The notes beneath the pieces were generated by a model. The model had not been told where the DNA came from. It worked only from the letters and a program-made list of their open reading frames with translations, and made no database searches. A stretch of DNA of 55,852 nt, from assembly GCA_964356325.1 (NCBI GenBank), contig CAYHHL010000008.1, forward strand, positions 342 through 56,193. The letters run 5' to 3'. Of the stretch, positions 45,419 through 55,457 are shown piece after piece. The translations under genes were made by a program, and so were the position numbers. This DNA comes from an uncultured Enterobacteriaceae bacterium (GTDB taxonomy: Bacteria > Myxococcota_A > UBA9042). Numbering within the stretch: the stretch's first letter is position 1; each line of letters opens with the position of its first letter.

Positions 45419-46104
45419 GGCGCCTCCGGGGTGCGGCGGGCAGGCGTGGCGGCACGGGGTGCATCGCGCGCGCCGGTCATCAGCAGATCCACGCAAGCCA
45501 GGCGCCAGGCGTGATCGCTCGCGGTCAGTTCCAACCGGAGTTCGCCGCGAGCCGGTCCAGGAGGCACTTCCGCTTCGAGATGCCCAGGTTCGCGCGATTC
45601 GGCCGTCGTCATCGTGCCCAACGGATGGTCACCAGCGAAGACCTGGACGCGCACTTCCGCTCCCGGACCGACATCTTCCATCAGTGAGACGCGGCCTTCG
45701 ACGTGGTCGCCGAGCGCGAGGTCGGGCCAGCGCAAGAGCGTCGTCGAACCGCCTGGCAAGGGATGCAACCAGGTGCAGCGAACCGCCTTGCCCGCAACGA
45801 AACCCGCGTAAGGACCGATGAAAGCGTAGGCGTCGTCGGCGCAACTGAACAGCCGGTCGCCCGGGTGCCACACGCAAGCCCGTTCCGGTTGCCCCGGCGT
45901 GCGCACCGATGCGCGTGCCTTGCTTAGCGCCGCATCGAGGCGAAAGCCGCGCGCGGGCTCGGGTTGGACTGGCTTGGATCGGCCAAGCGCGACGGCTGCG
46001 ACGGCGTAGGCGAGCAGCAAGACGGCCAGCAGACCGACGCGCGTTCGCCGGGGCACGAACTCGCGGGAGCGGATCACAGCGTCGTCGAGTCGCACGTAGG
46101 CCAT
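45415..46104 (-). CDS. Hypothetical membrane-anchored protein with periplasmic beta-sandwich (RCxWxHP motif)
   Basis: N-terminal TM, RCTWLHP, and HAWRLACVD. Coupled to the downstream membrane gene. Confidence 0.6.
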   Translation of the reverse strand: MAYVRLDDAVIRSREFVPRRTRVGLLAVLLLAYAVAAVALGRSKPVQPEPARGFRLDAALSKARASVRTPGQPERACVWHPGDRLFSCADDAYAFIGPYAGFVAGKAVRCTWLHPLPGGSTTLLRWPDLALGDHVEGRVSLMEDVGPGAEVRVQVFAGDHPLGTMTTAESREPGHLEAEVPPGPARGELRLELTASDHAWRLACVDLLMTGARDAPRAATPARRTPEAP

Positions 46105-46140
46105 TGCTTCGCCATGCCGGTGGGACCCGGAGAATTCATC

Positions 46141-46168
46141 TTGACGCCGCGGCCTGCAACTGTAAACT
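46141..46168 (+). promoter_or_regulatory. Putative sigma70 promoter upstream of rne
   Basis: TTGACG-N16-TAAACT in the divergent intergenic region. Confidence 0.45.
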
Positions 46169-46675
46169 GTCGCGGCCCAGTGGTGGCGCAACCTTGCCGT
46201 CAGTGGTGCTTGCGCGATGACACGCGCGCGCCGCAAACACGACGAACCCGCGATTGCACCACGCCAGCACCGTAGCCGACCCAATGACGGGTCGCCGGCT
46301 GCCGGGGCGCTTCGGGACACGCTGCGTCCGGTCGTTCACCAGAACGTTGCCGCGACAAGCACGACTCCCGAAACGGCACGGACGCAAGGCCCGCCCTTGA
46401 CACGGGATCAGGCCGCCAGTTGCACGTAGGACGCTGCCCTTGACGAGCGCGGCCGAAACCCTGACTCCTCGCCCCGCGACCTGGCTTCGGCCGGTGGCGC
46501 GCGGATGCCTCGAGGAACCCTTGCGGAGCGACATGCCTGTGCATGCCGTGACTTCGCAACGTGGTCAGGACCGGCACGAGTCGAGATTGCCCCGCCCGCC
46601 GCTGGAAGCTGCACAGGCTAAGAGCACGCCCCGGAACGCGATCCCTAGTGGAATCGTGAATGGTCACCGTTGGCT

Positions 46676-46886
46676 CCAGGACGATCGGGCAACCCCCGCT
46701 CCCTGGCACCGCCGATTCCGCCGGTCCGGCATGTTGCACGCCCTCGCCCCGTCCCTGCCAGCAGAACCGCGACTCGGGTTTCGGCTCGGAGGGATGGCCA
46801 TGGGCTGAACGGCTGCGCAAGCACTCGTTCCGGGAAGCAATTCCCTAGCCCGCGGGTCACCTTTCCCAGATCGCCCGATCGCCTGG
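46676..46886 (+). promoter_or_regulatory. Structured rne 5' leader (long-range stem)
   Basis: CCAGG-A-CGATCGGGC (46676-46690) is complementary to GCCCGATCG-CCTGG (46873-46886). Confidence 0.45.
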
Positions 46887-46929
46887 TGTGGCGTGCTCGC
46901 TTCGTGCCAGCGCGCCTGAAGGGTGCAAT

Positions 46930-49900
46930 ATGACCAAGCGAATGCTGATCAGCGTCGACCGCGATGAATCGCGAGCAGCGGTGGTCGAGGACGGCCAACT
47001 CGTCCACCTCGAAATCGAGCCTGTCAACCGCAATACCTGCAAAGGCAACATCTATCGCGCCGTCGTCGCGCGCGTCGAGCAGTCGCTGCAGTCGGCGTTC
47101 GTCGACTTCGGCAATGAAAAGCAAGGCTTCATGCCGGTGGGCGAGATCCACCCGAAGCTGCGCGGTGGCAACCACGACCGGCGCGCGCCGATCCAGGACA
47201 TCCTCAGGGCCAAGACCGAGATCCTGGTCCAGGTGGTGCGCGACGAGATCGGCCAGAAAGGCGCGACGCTTTCGACCTTCGTGTCGTTGCCCGGTCGCTA
47301 CCTGGTGCTGATTCCCGAAAGCGAGAAGACTGGCGTGTCGCGCAAGCTCTCGGAAGAAGCCCGCGATCGCATCAAGGCGCTGACCGAGAAGATGCAGATT
47401 CCGGAAGGTTTCGGCCTGATCGTGCGCACCGCCGGCGAGACGGCCACGGAGCGGGAACTCGAGAAGGACCTGCTGTACCTCTCGCGGCAATGGGCGCATA
47501 TCACCAAGCGTTTCGAGGAGTCCAAGGGCCCGACGCTGCTCTACGCCGAACGCTCGCTGCCGGTGCGGTTCGTGCGCGACTACTTCACCCGCGACATCGA
47601 CGAAGTGGTGATCGACGACGATGCGACGCTGCACGAAGTCGGTGAGTTTCTTCAGGTCCTGATGCCCCGCGGCCTCGCGGCCATGCACCGCTACGTCGGC
47701 GACGTGCCGCTGTTCGCTCGCTATGGCGTCGAGGGCAAGGTCGAGGACGTGTTCTCGCGCCAGGTCTTCATGCAGGGCGGCGGCTCGATCGTGATCGACC
47801 AGACAGAAGCGCTGGTGTCGATCGACGTCAACTCCGGCCGGCAGAAGGAAAAGGACATCGAGGAGACGGCGCGCGCGACCAACATCGAAGCGGCCCAGGA
47901 GATTGCCCGGCAGATGATCCTGCGCGACATGGGCGGGCTCATCGTCATCGACTTCATCGACATGCGCGAGAAGAAGTACGTCCGCGAGGTCGAGCAGGCG
48001 CTCAAGGACGCGTTCAAGAACGACAAGGCGCGCACGAAGATTGCCCACATCAGCGAGTTCGGCCTGCTGGAAATGTCCCGACAGCGCATCAAGAGCTCCG
48101 TGAACAAAGGGGCTTTCGACTCGTGTCCGCACTGCAGTGGCACGGGTCGGATTCGCGCGATGGAATCGGTGGGCATGGCGATCCTGCGCCGCATCTATGA
48201 ACTCGTGGCGCAAAAGAAGGTGCGCTACGTCATCGCGATGATTCCTCCGCAGGCGGCGCGCTACCTGCTGAATTCACGGCGGGCTGAACTGGCGGCGATC
48301 GAAAAGCAGTACCACATGACCATCGAGGTCGTGCCCGTGGACGGCATGCCCGCGACCCAGGTGGTGATGGAGCATCTGGAGGAGATTCCGGAGGAAAGCG
48401 GCACGGAGCGCTCGGACAAGCACAAGCTGCTGCGGGTCACCCAGGAACTGGACCTCGTGCGCAACCAGTTGATCCGTCGCGAGGAAGCGCGCATCCAGCT
48501 CGACGCGGCGGTGTCCAAGCGCGGAGCCAAGGTCGACTATGCGGAGATCTATCGGGAAGTTCGCGAGATGACGCCGACGGCTTCGACGCCCGAGGAAGAA
48601 CCGCGCGCGCCCCGCCAGCGTCAGCGCGGTCAAGGCCACGGCGCGGGCGGCCCCGCTCAGGCGGAAGGTGCTGTTTCCGCGCGGGTTGCGAGTCCCGTGG
48701 TGCCCGCGCACCCGGTGGTCGAGCCGGAATGGGAAGATCTGCCGCAGCAGCGAGGCTTCTGGCATTCGATCAAGAGCCTGTTTGGCATGGCGCCCGAGCC
48801 CCAGCCGGTGCAGGTGACGCGTCCTCCAGTGCAGGCGCCCCTGGCCGCCCTGCCGTCGACGGCACAGGCGACTGCCGCGCAAGCCACGGCAGCCAAGGTG
48901 AATCTCGCGCCGGCACAGCCCCAGGGTGGCGCCAGCGGTGCTCAGTCCGAGCCGCCGCGGGGTGATCGGCGCGACCGCCACGACCGGCACGAGCGCCGCG
49001 AGCGCCGCGATTCGAACGAGCCGCGCGACGGTCAGCACGCTCGGGACGGTCAGGCGCCGCGCGAAGGCCGAGAGCCCCGCGACGGTCGGCGCCGTCCGGA
49101 AGGCGCACCGCAGCAGATGGAACGGGGCGAGCAGGCCACTGGGCGCAGCGAGCAGGCGCCGCGGGGTGAGCGCGACCAGGCGGCCCGTGGCGAGCCGTCG
49201 CGTGGTGAGTTGGCGCCGAAGGAAGCGACGGACAAGCACCTGATCGCAGGGGCCACTGAGGGTACGGCAGAAGAAAGCGCGGAAGCCGCGGGTCGTCGGC
49301 GGCGTCGGCGTCGGCGTCGTGGCGGTGCGCGGGGTGCGGACGACGTGCAGGGTCTGGCCGGCGACGATCTGGCGGCGGACGGCACGGACAGCGAAGGCGA
49401 CGACGGCGAGCAGACAGCGGAGGACGGCGCGCCCGCCCAGGCCGCGGCGGAACCGCGCGACGAGACTCGGCGCGCCAGACCGGCGCGCGGTGGTCGCGGT
49501 GAAGACTCAGGCAGGTCACGGCCCGTCGAAGCGGCGGGCGATGCTCAGATCGGTGAAGTCGCGGCGGAAGCTCCGGGCGCCGAGGCCCAGGCTGGCGAAG
49601 CCGTCGGCGCGGAAACGGCCGAAAGCGATGCCGATGCCCACAGGCGGCGCCGTCGTCGCGGTGGTCGTGCCGACCGCTCGCCGGAGTCCACGGTCGACCT
49701 GGCGACTGGTGTGGCCCACGAGGCGTCAGCCGCGGAAACCATGGCTTCTGAGGCCCCGGTTTCTGAGGCCCCGGTCTCCGAGGTGATGGCCTCCGAGGCG
49801 ACGGCTTCTGAGGCGACGTCGGCGCCGGCCCAGGCCGAGGGCGGTCATGCCGAACCTGTGGCCGTCGAGGCCGTCCAAGTGGTGGCGCAGCCGGCCGTCG

Positions 49901-50082
49901 AGGCGGTCGAGGTTGCGGTGGATGCGCAATCGCTGGTCCAGGCCGAAATCGAACGCCTGAAGTCCGAACAGGAACCCGAGGCGGTGCAACCTGCCGCCGA
50001 CACGGAAGCGGCCGCGCCTGCCGATGCCGCGCGACCGGCTGCGACCAAGCGATTCGTCGTGGATCTGCGCACCGGCCGATAG
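46930..50082 (+). CDS. rne: Ribonuclease E (Rne/Rng family) with long disordered C-terminal scaffold
   Basis: KGNIYRAVVARVEQSLQSAFVDFG (S1), LPGRYLVL, IDVNSG, GGLIVIDFIDM, Zn-link CPHCSGTG, membrane-targeting helix GFWHSIKSLFG, and Arg-rich tracts. Confidence 0.95.
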   Translation: MTKRMLISVDRDESRAAVVEDGQLVHLEIEPVNRNTCKGNIYRAVVARVEQSLQSAFVDFGNEKQGFMPVGEIHPKLRGGNHDRRAPIQDILRAKTEILVQVVRDEIGQKGATLSTFVSLPGRYLVLIPESEKTGVSRKLSEEARDRIKALTEKMQIPEGFGLIVRTAGETATERELEKDLLYLSRQWAHITKRFEESKGPTLLYAERSLPVRFVRDYFTRDIDEVVIDDDATLHEVGEFLQVLMPRGLAAMHRYVGDVPLFARYGVEGKVEDVFSRQVFMQGGGSIVIDQTEALVSIDVNSGRQKEKDIEETARATNIEAAQEIARQMILRDMGGLIVIDFIDMREKKYVREVEQALKDAFKNDKARTKIAHISEFGLLEMSRQRIKSSVNKGAFDSCPHCSGTGRIRAMESVGMAILRRIYELVAQKKVRYVIAMIPPQAARYLLNSRRAELAAIEKQYHMTIEVVPVDGMPATQVVMEHLEEIPEESGTERSDKHKLLRVTQELDLVRNQLIRREEARIQLDAAVSKRGAKVDYAEIYREVREMTPTASTPEEEPRAPRQRQRGQGHGAGGPAQAEGAVSARVASPVVPAHPVVEPEWEDLPQQRGFWHSIKSLFGMAPEPQPVQVTRPPVQAPLAALPSTAQATAAQATAAKVNLAPAQPQGGASGAQSEPPRGDRRDRHDRHERRERRDSNEPRDGQHARDGQAPREGREPRDGRRRPEGAPQQMERGEQATGRSEQAPRGERDQAARGEPSRGELAPKEATDKHLIAGATEGTAEESAEAAGRRRRRRRRRGGARGADDVQGLAGDDLAADGTDSEGDDGEQTAEDGAPAQAAAEPRDETRRARPARGGRGEDSGRSRPVEAAGDAQIGEVAAEAPGAEAQAGEAVGAETAESDADAHRRRRRRGGRADRSPESTVDLATGVAHEASAAETMASEAPVSEAPVSEVMASEATASEATSAPAQAEGGHAEPVAVEAVQVVAQPAVEAVEVAVDAQSLVQAEIERLKSEQEPEAVQPAADTEAAAPADAARPAATKRFVVDLRTGR

Positions 50083-50107
50083 TTGTGCCGGGCATTCGAG
50101 GGCTGGC

Positions 50108-51514
50108 ATGACGCGGGCGTTGGATGCCGACACGGGCAAGGAACGGCAGGCGCCCCACGTCGTGCCGGGAGCGATCGTCCTGGTCGTGGACGACGATGCG
50201 TCCAACCTTGCGAGCGTACAGAAGATCCTCCAGCGCGAAGGTCTGCAGGTCACGGCCGTGGGCGAGGGCCGTGAGGCGCTGGCGGTGCTGCGGCGCGAGC
50301 GCGTTGCCGTGTTGGTGACCGACCTGATGATGCCGGGCGTCGACGGCATGGAACTCCTGCGTGCGGCCCGCCTCACCAGTCCTGGAACGGCGGTCGTGCT
50401 GATGACCGCCTACGGTACGGTCGAAACCGCGGTCGCCGCGATGAAGGAAGGCGCGTACGACTTCGTGACCAAGCCCCTGCGCCGGGCGGACGTGGTGCGG
50501 GCGGTGTTGCGCGGTTTCGATCGGGCGTCGCTGCAATTCGAGAACGACAGTCTTCGTGCGGAGTTGGAGAAGGCCGGTCGCAGCCGGGACCTCATCGGCA
50601 CGAGTCCGCCCATCCGGCGCGCGGTCGGTCTGCTCGAACAGGTGGCGCCGGCGCGGACCACGGTGCTGCTGCAAGGCGAAAGCGGCACCGGCAAGGAAGT
50701 CTTCGCGCGGGCCTTGCATCGGCTGTCGGGGCGGCGCGGGCCGTTCGTGGCGGTCAACTGCGCGGCAATTCCTGATAATCTATTGGAAAGCGAGTTGTTC
50801 GGCCATGAGAAGGGTGCGTTTACCGGAGCAGTGGCGCGCACCGAGGGGCGTTTCCAGCAGGCCGACGGTGGCACGCTGCTGCTGGACGAAATCGCTGACA
50901 TGCCCCTGGGATTGCAGGCCAAGTTGCTGCGGGTGCTGCAGGAAAGCGAAGTCCAGCGCGTCGGCGCGGGCCAGTCCCAACGCGTCGACGTGCGGGTGGT
51001 GGCCGCGACCAACCGCGACCTCGAGACCGAGGTGCAGCAGCAGCGCTTCCGCGCCGACCTGTACTACCGCTTGAACGTCATTGCGATCGAGTTGCCGCCC
51101 TTGCGCACCCGAGGCGAGGACATTCCCGGGCTGGCCCAGCATTTCCTGCGCAAGTTCGCGGCTATGAACAGCAAGTCGCTGGCGGCGATCACGGCCGACG
51201 CGATGGAACGGCTGCAGGCGTGGACCTGGCCAGGCAATGTGCGCGAACTTGAAAACGTGATGGAACGCGCGGTGGTGTTGGCCCGCGGTGACGCAATCGG
51301 CGTGGCGGATCTGCCGGAGCGCATCGTCGCGGCCGAAGGAACGAGTCACGTGCTGACGATTCCGGTGGGAACGCCGCTGGAGGAAATCGAAAGGCTGGCG
51401 ATCACCGAGACGCTGAAGCTGACCGGCGGGGACAAGAGGCGGGCGGCCATGCTGTTGGGCATTGCGGTGCGGACGATCTACCGCCGGTTGGACGAAGTCG
51501 CGGCGCGACCCTGA
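50108..51514 (+). CDS. Sigma-54-dependent response regulator (NtrC/AtoC family: REC-AAA+-HTH)
   Basis: VVDDD, TDLMMPG, GESGTGKE, ESELFGHEKGAFTGA, LLDEI, WPGNVRELEN, and a Fis-type HTH. Confidence 0.95.
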   Translation: MTRALDADTGKERQAPHVVPGAIVLVVDDDASNLASVQKILQREGLQVTAVGEGREALAVLRRERVAVLVTDLMMPGVDGMELLRAARLTSPGTAVVLMTAYGTVETAVAAMKEGAYDFVTKPLRRADVVRAVLRGFDRASLQFENDSLRAELEKAGRSRDLIGTSPPIRRAVGLLEQVAPARTTVLLQGESGTGKEVFARALHRLSGRRGPFVAVNCAAIPDNLLESELFGHEKGAFTGAVARTEGRFQQADGGTLLLDEIADMPLGLQAKLLRVLQESEVQRVGAGQSQRVDVRVVAATNRDLETEVQQQRFRADLYYRLNVIAIELPPLRTRGEDIPGLAQHFLRKFAAMNSKSLAAITADAMERLQAWTWPGNVRELENVMERAVVLARGDAIGVADLPERIVAAEGTSHVLTIPVGTPLEEIERLAITETLKLTGGDKRRAAMLLGIAVRTIYRRLDEVAARP

Positions 51515-51523
51515 AGGACCCCC

Positions 51524-53071
51524 ATGCGCGCGACTCCCAGAACTACCGAACTACCCGTCGCCCAAGATGTCTGGGACTGGACCGACGCCTTGTCGCGGCC
51601 ACAGCCGATGCCGCGCTTGCCCGGCAGGAACCGCACCACCGAGAGCACGCTGCAAGCGCTCGGCGAGGCGATGGCGGCGGGGCGAGCGTCCCAGGTGATC
51701 GCGGAAGTGCTGGATTGGCAAGGGCGTGGCGAGCGGACTGACGTCTTGGTGCGCTGGCTCGCGGGTTGGATCGGCCAGCGCGAAGGCGGTCTGGCGGACG
51801 CGACGTTTCGCGCCTTGGCGGACCTGACCCGCGCGGCGACGGATTTCGAGCCCCAGCGCGCGGGGTTGCCCTTGGCGCTGGCCGCGGTGCTGGCGTCGGA
51901 GTCGCTGGGCGGACGGCGGCTGCTTGCAGGGGCGCAAGTTAGTTCAATTCCTGCTGAATTCTCGATGCTTCACGACGCTGTGGCGCAACGGCAGGCCATC
52001 GGCGCTGAAGCGATCGTCGCGCGGGCGGTGCAGGATGGCGTGCCGCCGGCCGAGATCGAGCGATGGCTGCTGCGGCTGGCCTGCGCGTTCCCGGGTGATG
52101 CCGGCGTGGCGGCGCGAACGGCGCTCGCGTTCACGGATCTGCGTGCAGCGGCTGGGGAAGCTGGCCTCTTGGAGTTGTACCCGCGCCTGGCCCGGGCGTT
52201 GGCCGAACGGCCCGAACGCCAGGCGGTGACCCAGGCCCACGCCGATCGCATGGCGCCGCTACAGGCCAAGCTGGCCGACATCGCGGCGGCGGCGGATCCG
52301 GACAAGGCGCGCTTCTTCCAGGAGGCCAAGTTTCGCCCGCATCTGCTGGATGGCAAAGGTGATACCGCGTGGCGTGCGTGCGTGAAGGCCCTGGAGTTCG
52401 GCGTGCCGCGCGAACTGCTCGCCGGATCGCTGGCCCTGGCCGCGGCCGAGCGCGTGCTTCGGTTCGATCCCCGTCACGACGCGGACGATTCGGTCCTCGA
52501 AGGCTGGCCCGACGCGCTGCAACTGCTCGGGCTGTCTGCGACCGTGCGGCAACTGGCGGCGCTGGTGCCCGAACCTGAGTGGGCGGCGCTGTTCCTCTAT
52601 GCAGTGGCGGCGATCCACGCGGCGGCCGCGTTGGATGCCCCGGAAAAGCTGCGATTCGTGTTGCCCGAGCCGGAAGCCCTGCACCAGACCTGGGATCACG
52701 GCCCGGAAATCGCCAAGATCGTGGCACATCTCCAGGCAGGACGGGCGGAGCGGGCGATCGCGATCGTGCGCGCCTATTTCCTCATGGTGCTGCCGGACCA
52801 GCCACTTTGCCGGCAACTGCTCGAAGCGTCGATGGCCGATCTGCAAGGTCCGGCGTGGGCACAAGCGCAGGCAATTGCTGGGATGTCTGCAGCCGTTGCC
52901 GCCTTCCAGGCCTTGGGCGCGCATCCGCAGCGGGAACTGCCTTTGTGCGCGGCGACGCGTGTGCTGGCGAACTGGCGACAAGCGCGGACGAGTTGGCGGT
53001 TGGCCATGGGCGCCCTGGATGGTCGGGCGACCGGCATGCAGCCTCGCGCCTTGGTCGGTCCCGGCCTGTAG
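51524..53071 (+). CDS. Hypothetical all-helical protein
   Basis: 515-aa Ala/Leu-rich ORF directly after the regulator, with motif AAAERVLRFDPRHDADDSVLEGW. Confidence 0.6.
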   Translation: MRATPRTTELPVAQDVWDWTDALSRPQPMPRLPGRNRTTESTLQALGEAMAAGRASQVIAEVLDWQGRGERTDVLVRWLAGWIGQREGGLADATFRALADLTRAATDFEPQRAGLPLALAAVLASESLGGRRLLAGAQVSSIPAEFSMLHDAVAQRQAIGAEAIVARAVQDGVPPAEIERWLLRLACAFPGDAGVAARTALAFTDLRAAAGEAGLLELYPRLARALAERPERQAVTQAHADRMAPLQAKLADIAAAADPDKARFFQEAKFRPHLLDGKGDTAWRACVKALEFGVPRELLAGSLALAAAERVLRFDPRHDADDSVLEGWPDALQLLGLSATVRQLAALVPEPEWAALFLYAVAAIHAAAALDAPEKLRFVLPEPEALHQTWDHGPEIAKIVAHLQAGRAERAIAIVRAYFLMVLPDQPLCRQLLEASMADLQGPAWAQAQAIAGMSAAVAAFQALGAHPQRELPLCAATRVLANWRQARTSWRLAMGALDGRATGMQPRALVGPGL

Positions 53072-53125
53072 GTGCGTTGCTGGGGGCCTGCCGGCGAGCG
53101 TTCGGCGTGACGGCCACACATCAGC

Positions 53126-53153
53126 TTGACGTCTGCAGCCGACTTCCTATACT
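53126..53153 (+). promoter_or_regulatory. Putative sigma70 promoter
   Basis: TTGACG-N16-TATACT, about 50 nt upstream of ATG 53205. Confidence 0.6.
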
Positions 53154-53204
53154 CCCGCGCCCTTCCGGGAAACGGAAGCCGAATCCACCACTACGAGGCT
53201 GCAG

Positions 53205-55232
53205 ATGATCAAGAATCGATTCCTGGGCGCTTGTGCGACCGCCGCCCTTTGTGGCGCCCTCGTCGCTCCCGCTGGCTGCAAGAAGAAGGAAGAAGCCAAG
53301 CCCGAGGCGGCTGCGGCCGCTGTCGACAAGGCGGCTGCGGTCGCGGGTGACGCGGTCAAGGCTGTCGCCGCGGCGATTCCGCTCCTGCCCGACGTCGAGC
53401 TTCAGGCTGGCGACAAGATCGTGGGTTGGATGACCCTGCAGTCGCTGGATGGCCTGTTCAACGCAGCGGACGCGATCGGCGGCAAGCTCGGCCTGACGCC
53501 CCCGGGTGCCTCGACCAAGCAGCAGGTGATGGCGCAACTGACGGCGGCTTCAGCTGATACGTTCTCGGGCCTGGAGTGGCTCGACACCAGCAAGGCCGTG
53601 CACGTGACGTTCCAGGACGACGGCGCGACGCCGCCCGCAGCGCCGGTTCCCGGTGGCGCGGTGGCAGCCCCGGCGACCGATCCGACCACGGGCATCGTGC
53701 TCGTGCTGCACGCGACCGACAAGGCCAAGGCGTTGGCCGCGATGACGTCGGCCAAGAAGGGCGCGGAGGCCGAAGGCCACGAGGCCAAGATCGAGAAGGC
53801 CGGCAAGACCTTGTACGTCGACTTCGTGAACAACGCCGTGGTCGTCACCATGACCAAGGATCGCTTCACCAAGGTCAAGGGCTTCATCGAGCGCCTCGAG
53901 AAGGTCGCCGCGCCGTCGCTCGTCTACCTCGGCATCTCGGTCGAGGATCTGGCCATCACGCGCGCCACCGAGTTGGACGCTTTCCTCAAGCAGTTCGAGG
54001 CCATGGGCGCTGCGATGCCGGCCAACCCGGCGATGCCGAACCAGGCCGCGATGATGGCCGGCTACAGCAAGATGTTGCGCAGTTGGACCAATGACTTGCG
54101 TCGTGTCGAGGTGCTGATCGGCGCCGATGTGACCAACACGCGCTTCGAAGTGCGCCTGACCGCCAAGGACGGCACCAAGCTCGGCAAGCAGTTGAGCGCC
54201 GGCAAGGGCCGCACGCCCAAGGACATCGCCAACCTCTTGCCCGCCAACAGCTACTTGACGTTTGCTGCTTCCGTGGACCCCGCCGCCTCGCTCGAGGGCA
54301 TCGACGACTCCCTGATCATGGTCAAGGACATGCTCAAGCTCGACCAGGCTGCCTACGACGCCTTCGCCGCGGACGTGAAGTCGGCGACCAAGCTGCAAGA
54401 CGGCAACAGCGCGATGGCTGTGTACCCCGACGGCGCCGCGGCCCTGGGCATGCTGGTCGTCGCGGGCACCACCGACGGCGAGGCGGCCATGAAGCTGACC
54501 AAGCGTCTGGTGGCCAACCTGTTGCTCAAGGTGATCGCCGATCAGGAGGCCGAGAAGCTCAAGGCCAACCCGAAGGCCGAGCCCGAGCCCGTGATGGTGG
54601 TCGTCAAGCAGGCGCTGACCGAGCAGAAGGTCACGCCGTTGCTGGGCTTCTTTGGTCCGATCGCCGCGAGCAAGGGCATCACGATCACCGCCAACACCAG
54701 CAAGGACGCCGACGCGACCTGCGACGTGCTCGATGTCACGGTGGACTGGAGCAAGATGGGCGGCGGCGAAGATGCGAAGAAGGGCGAGGCCATCCTCGGT
54801 ACCAAGACCGCCGCGAGCTTGTGCACCGCCAAGACCAAGCTGGCCATGGCGTTCGGCCCCGGCGCGCTGGAAATCGGCAAGAAGGCCGTGCAGGGCAAGG
54901 CCGCCGGTCTCGCGGATTCTCCGGTCTACAAGGCGGCGACCGCGGCGGATCAGAACGCTTCGTGGGTCATGTACTTCAACCCCGGCACGGCGCTGGCGGC
55001 GTTCAAGAACGTCGGCCCGGTGCCGCAACTGCCCGGCGATCGCGCCGCGGTGCTCGCCTGCCAGAACCGCGCGCACTCGTTCGGTTGCCAGGTCGAAGTG
55101 CCGGTCGAACTGATCGCTTCGGTCAAGAACATCGCGAGCGGTGGCGCGGCAGGTGGTGGTGCTCCCGGTGGCATGGCGCCTCCGCCGCCGCCGGCTGGCG
55201 TCGGTGGCCCCGCTCCGACCGTCACGAAGTAG
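53205..55232 (+). CDS. Large hypothetical lipoprotein
   Basis: Signal peptide ending PAGC-KKKEE, strong GC3 codon bias, and a Pro/Gly-rich tail. Confidence 0.8.
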   Translation: MIKNRFLGACATAALCGALVAPAGCKKKEEAKPEAAAAAVDKAAAVAGDAVKAVAAAIPLLPDVELQAGDKIVGWMTLQSLDGLFNAADAIGGKLGLTPPGASTKQQVMAQLTAASADTFSGLEWLDTSKAVHVTFQDDGATPPAAPVPGGAVAAPATDPTTGIVLVLHATDKAKALAAMTSAKKGAEAEGHEAKIEKAGKTLYVDFVNNAVVVTMTKDRFTKVKGFIERLEKVAAPSLVYLGISVEDLAITRATELDAFLKQFEAMGAAMPANPAMPNQAAMMAGYSKMLRSWTNDLRRVEVLIGADVTNTRFEVRLTAKDGTKLGKQLSAGKGRTPKDIANLLPANSYLTFAASVDPAASLEGIDDSLIMVKDMLKLDQAAYDAFAADVKSATKLQDGNSAMAVYPDGAAALGMLVVAGTTDGEAAMKLTKRLVANLLLKVIADQEAEKLKANPKAEPEPVMVVVKQALTEQKVTPLLGFFGPIAASKGITITANTSKDADATCDVLDVTVDWSKMGGGEDAKKGEAILGTKTAASLCTAKTKLAMAFGPGALEIGKKAVQGKAAGLADSPVYKAATAADQNASWVMYFNPGTALAAFKNVGPVPQLPGDRAAVLACQNRAHSFGCQVEVPVELIASVKNIASGGAAGGGAPGGMAPPPPPAGVGGPAPTVTK

Positions 55233-55457
55233 GCAACGGCCAGTGAGAATCCTGAAAACGCGCATCGATCCCAGGGTCGGTGCGCGTTTTCAGTTTTTGC
55301 CCGTCGCCAACCGCGCGCGGCAAGCAGCCAGGCAGGGCGCGCTGGCCTCGGTCCCGTTCACGCCGTGCCAGAAGCCGTGATTGCGCCCTTTTGCGCACTG
55401 ACGGAACCGGGTACTCTGGTCGGCCGACCCCGAGCGGTCGCGTCGGCGAGGCCTCTG

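Noticed and set aside
46105-46929. RNase P RNA or tmRNA in the long intergenic region
   Set aside because: No GAGGAAAGUCC / AGAACCCGGCUUA signatures or tRNA-like ends were found on either strand.
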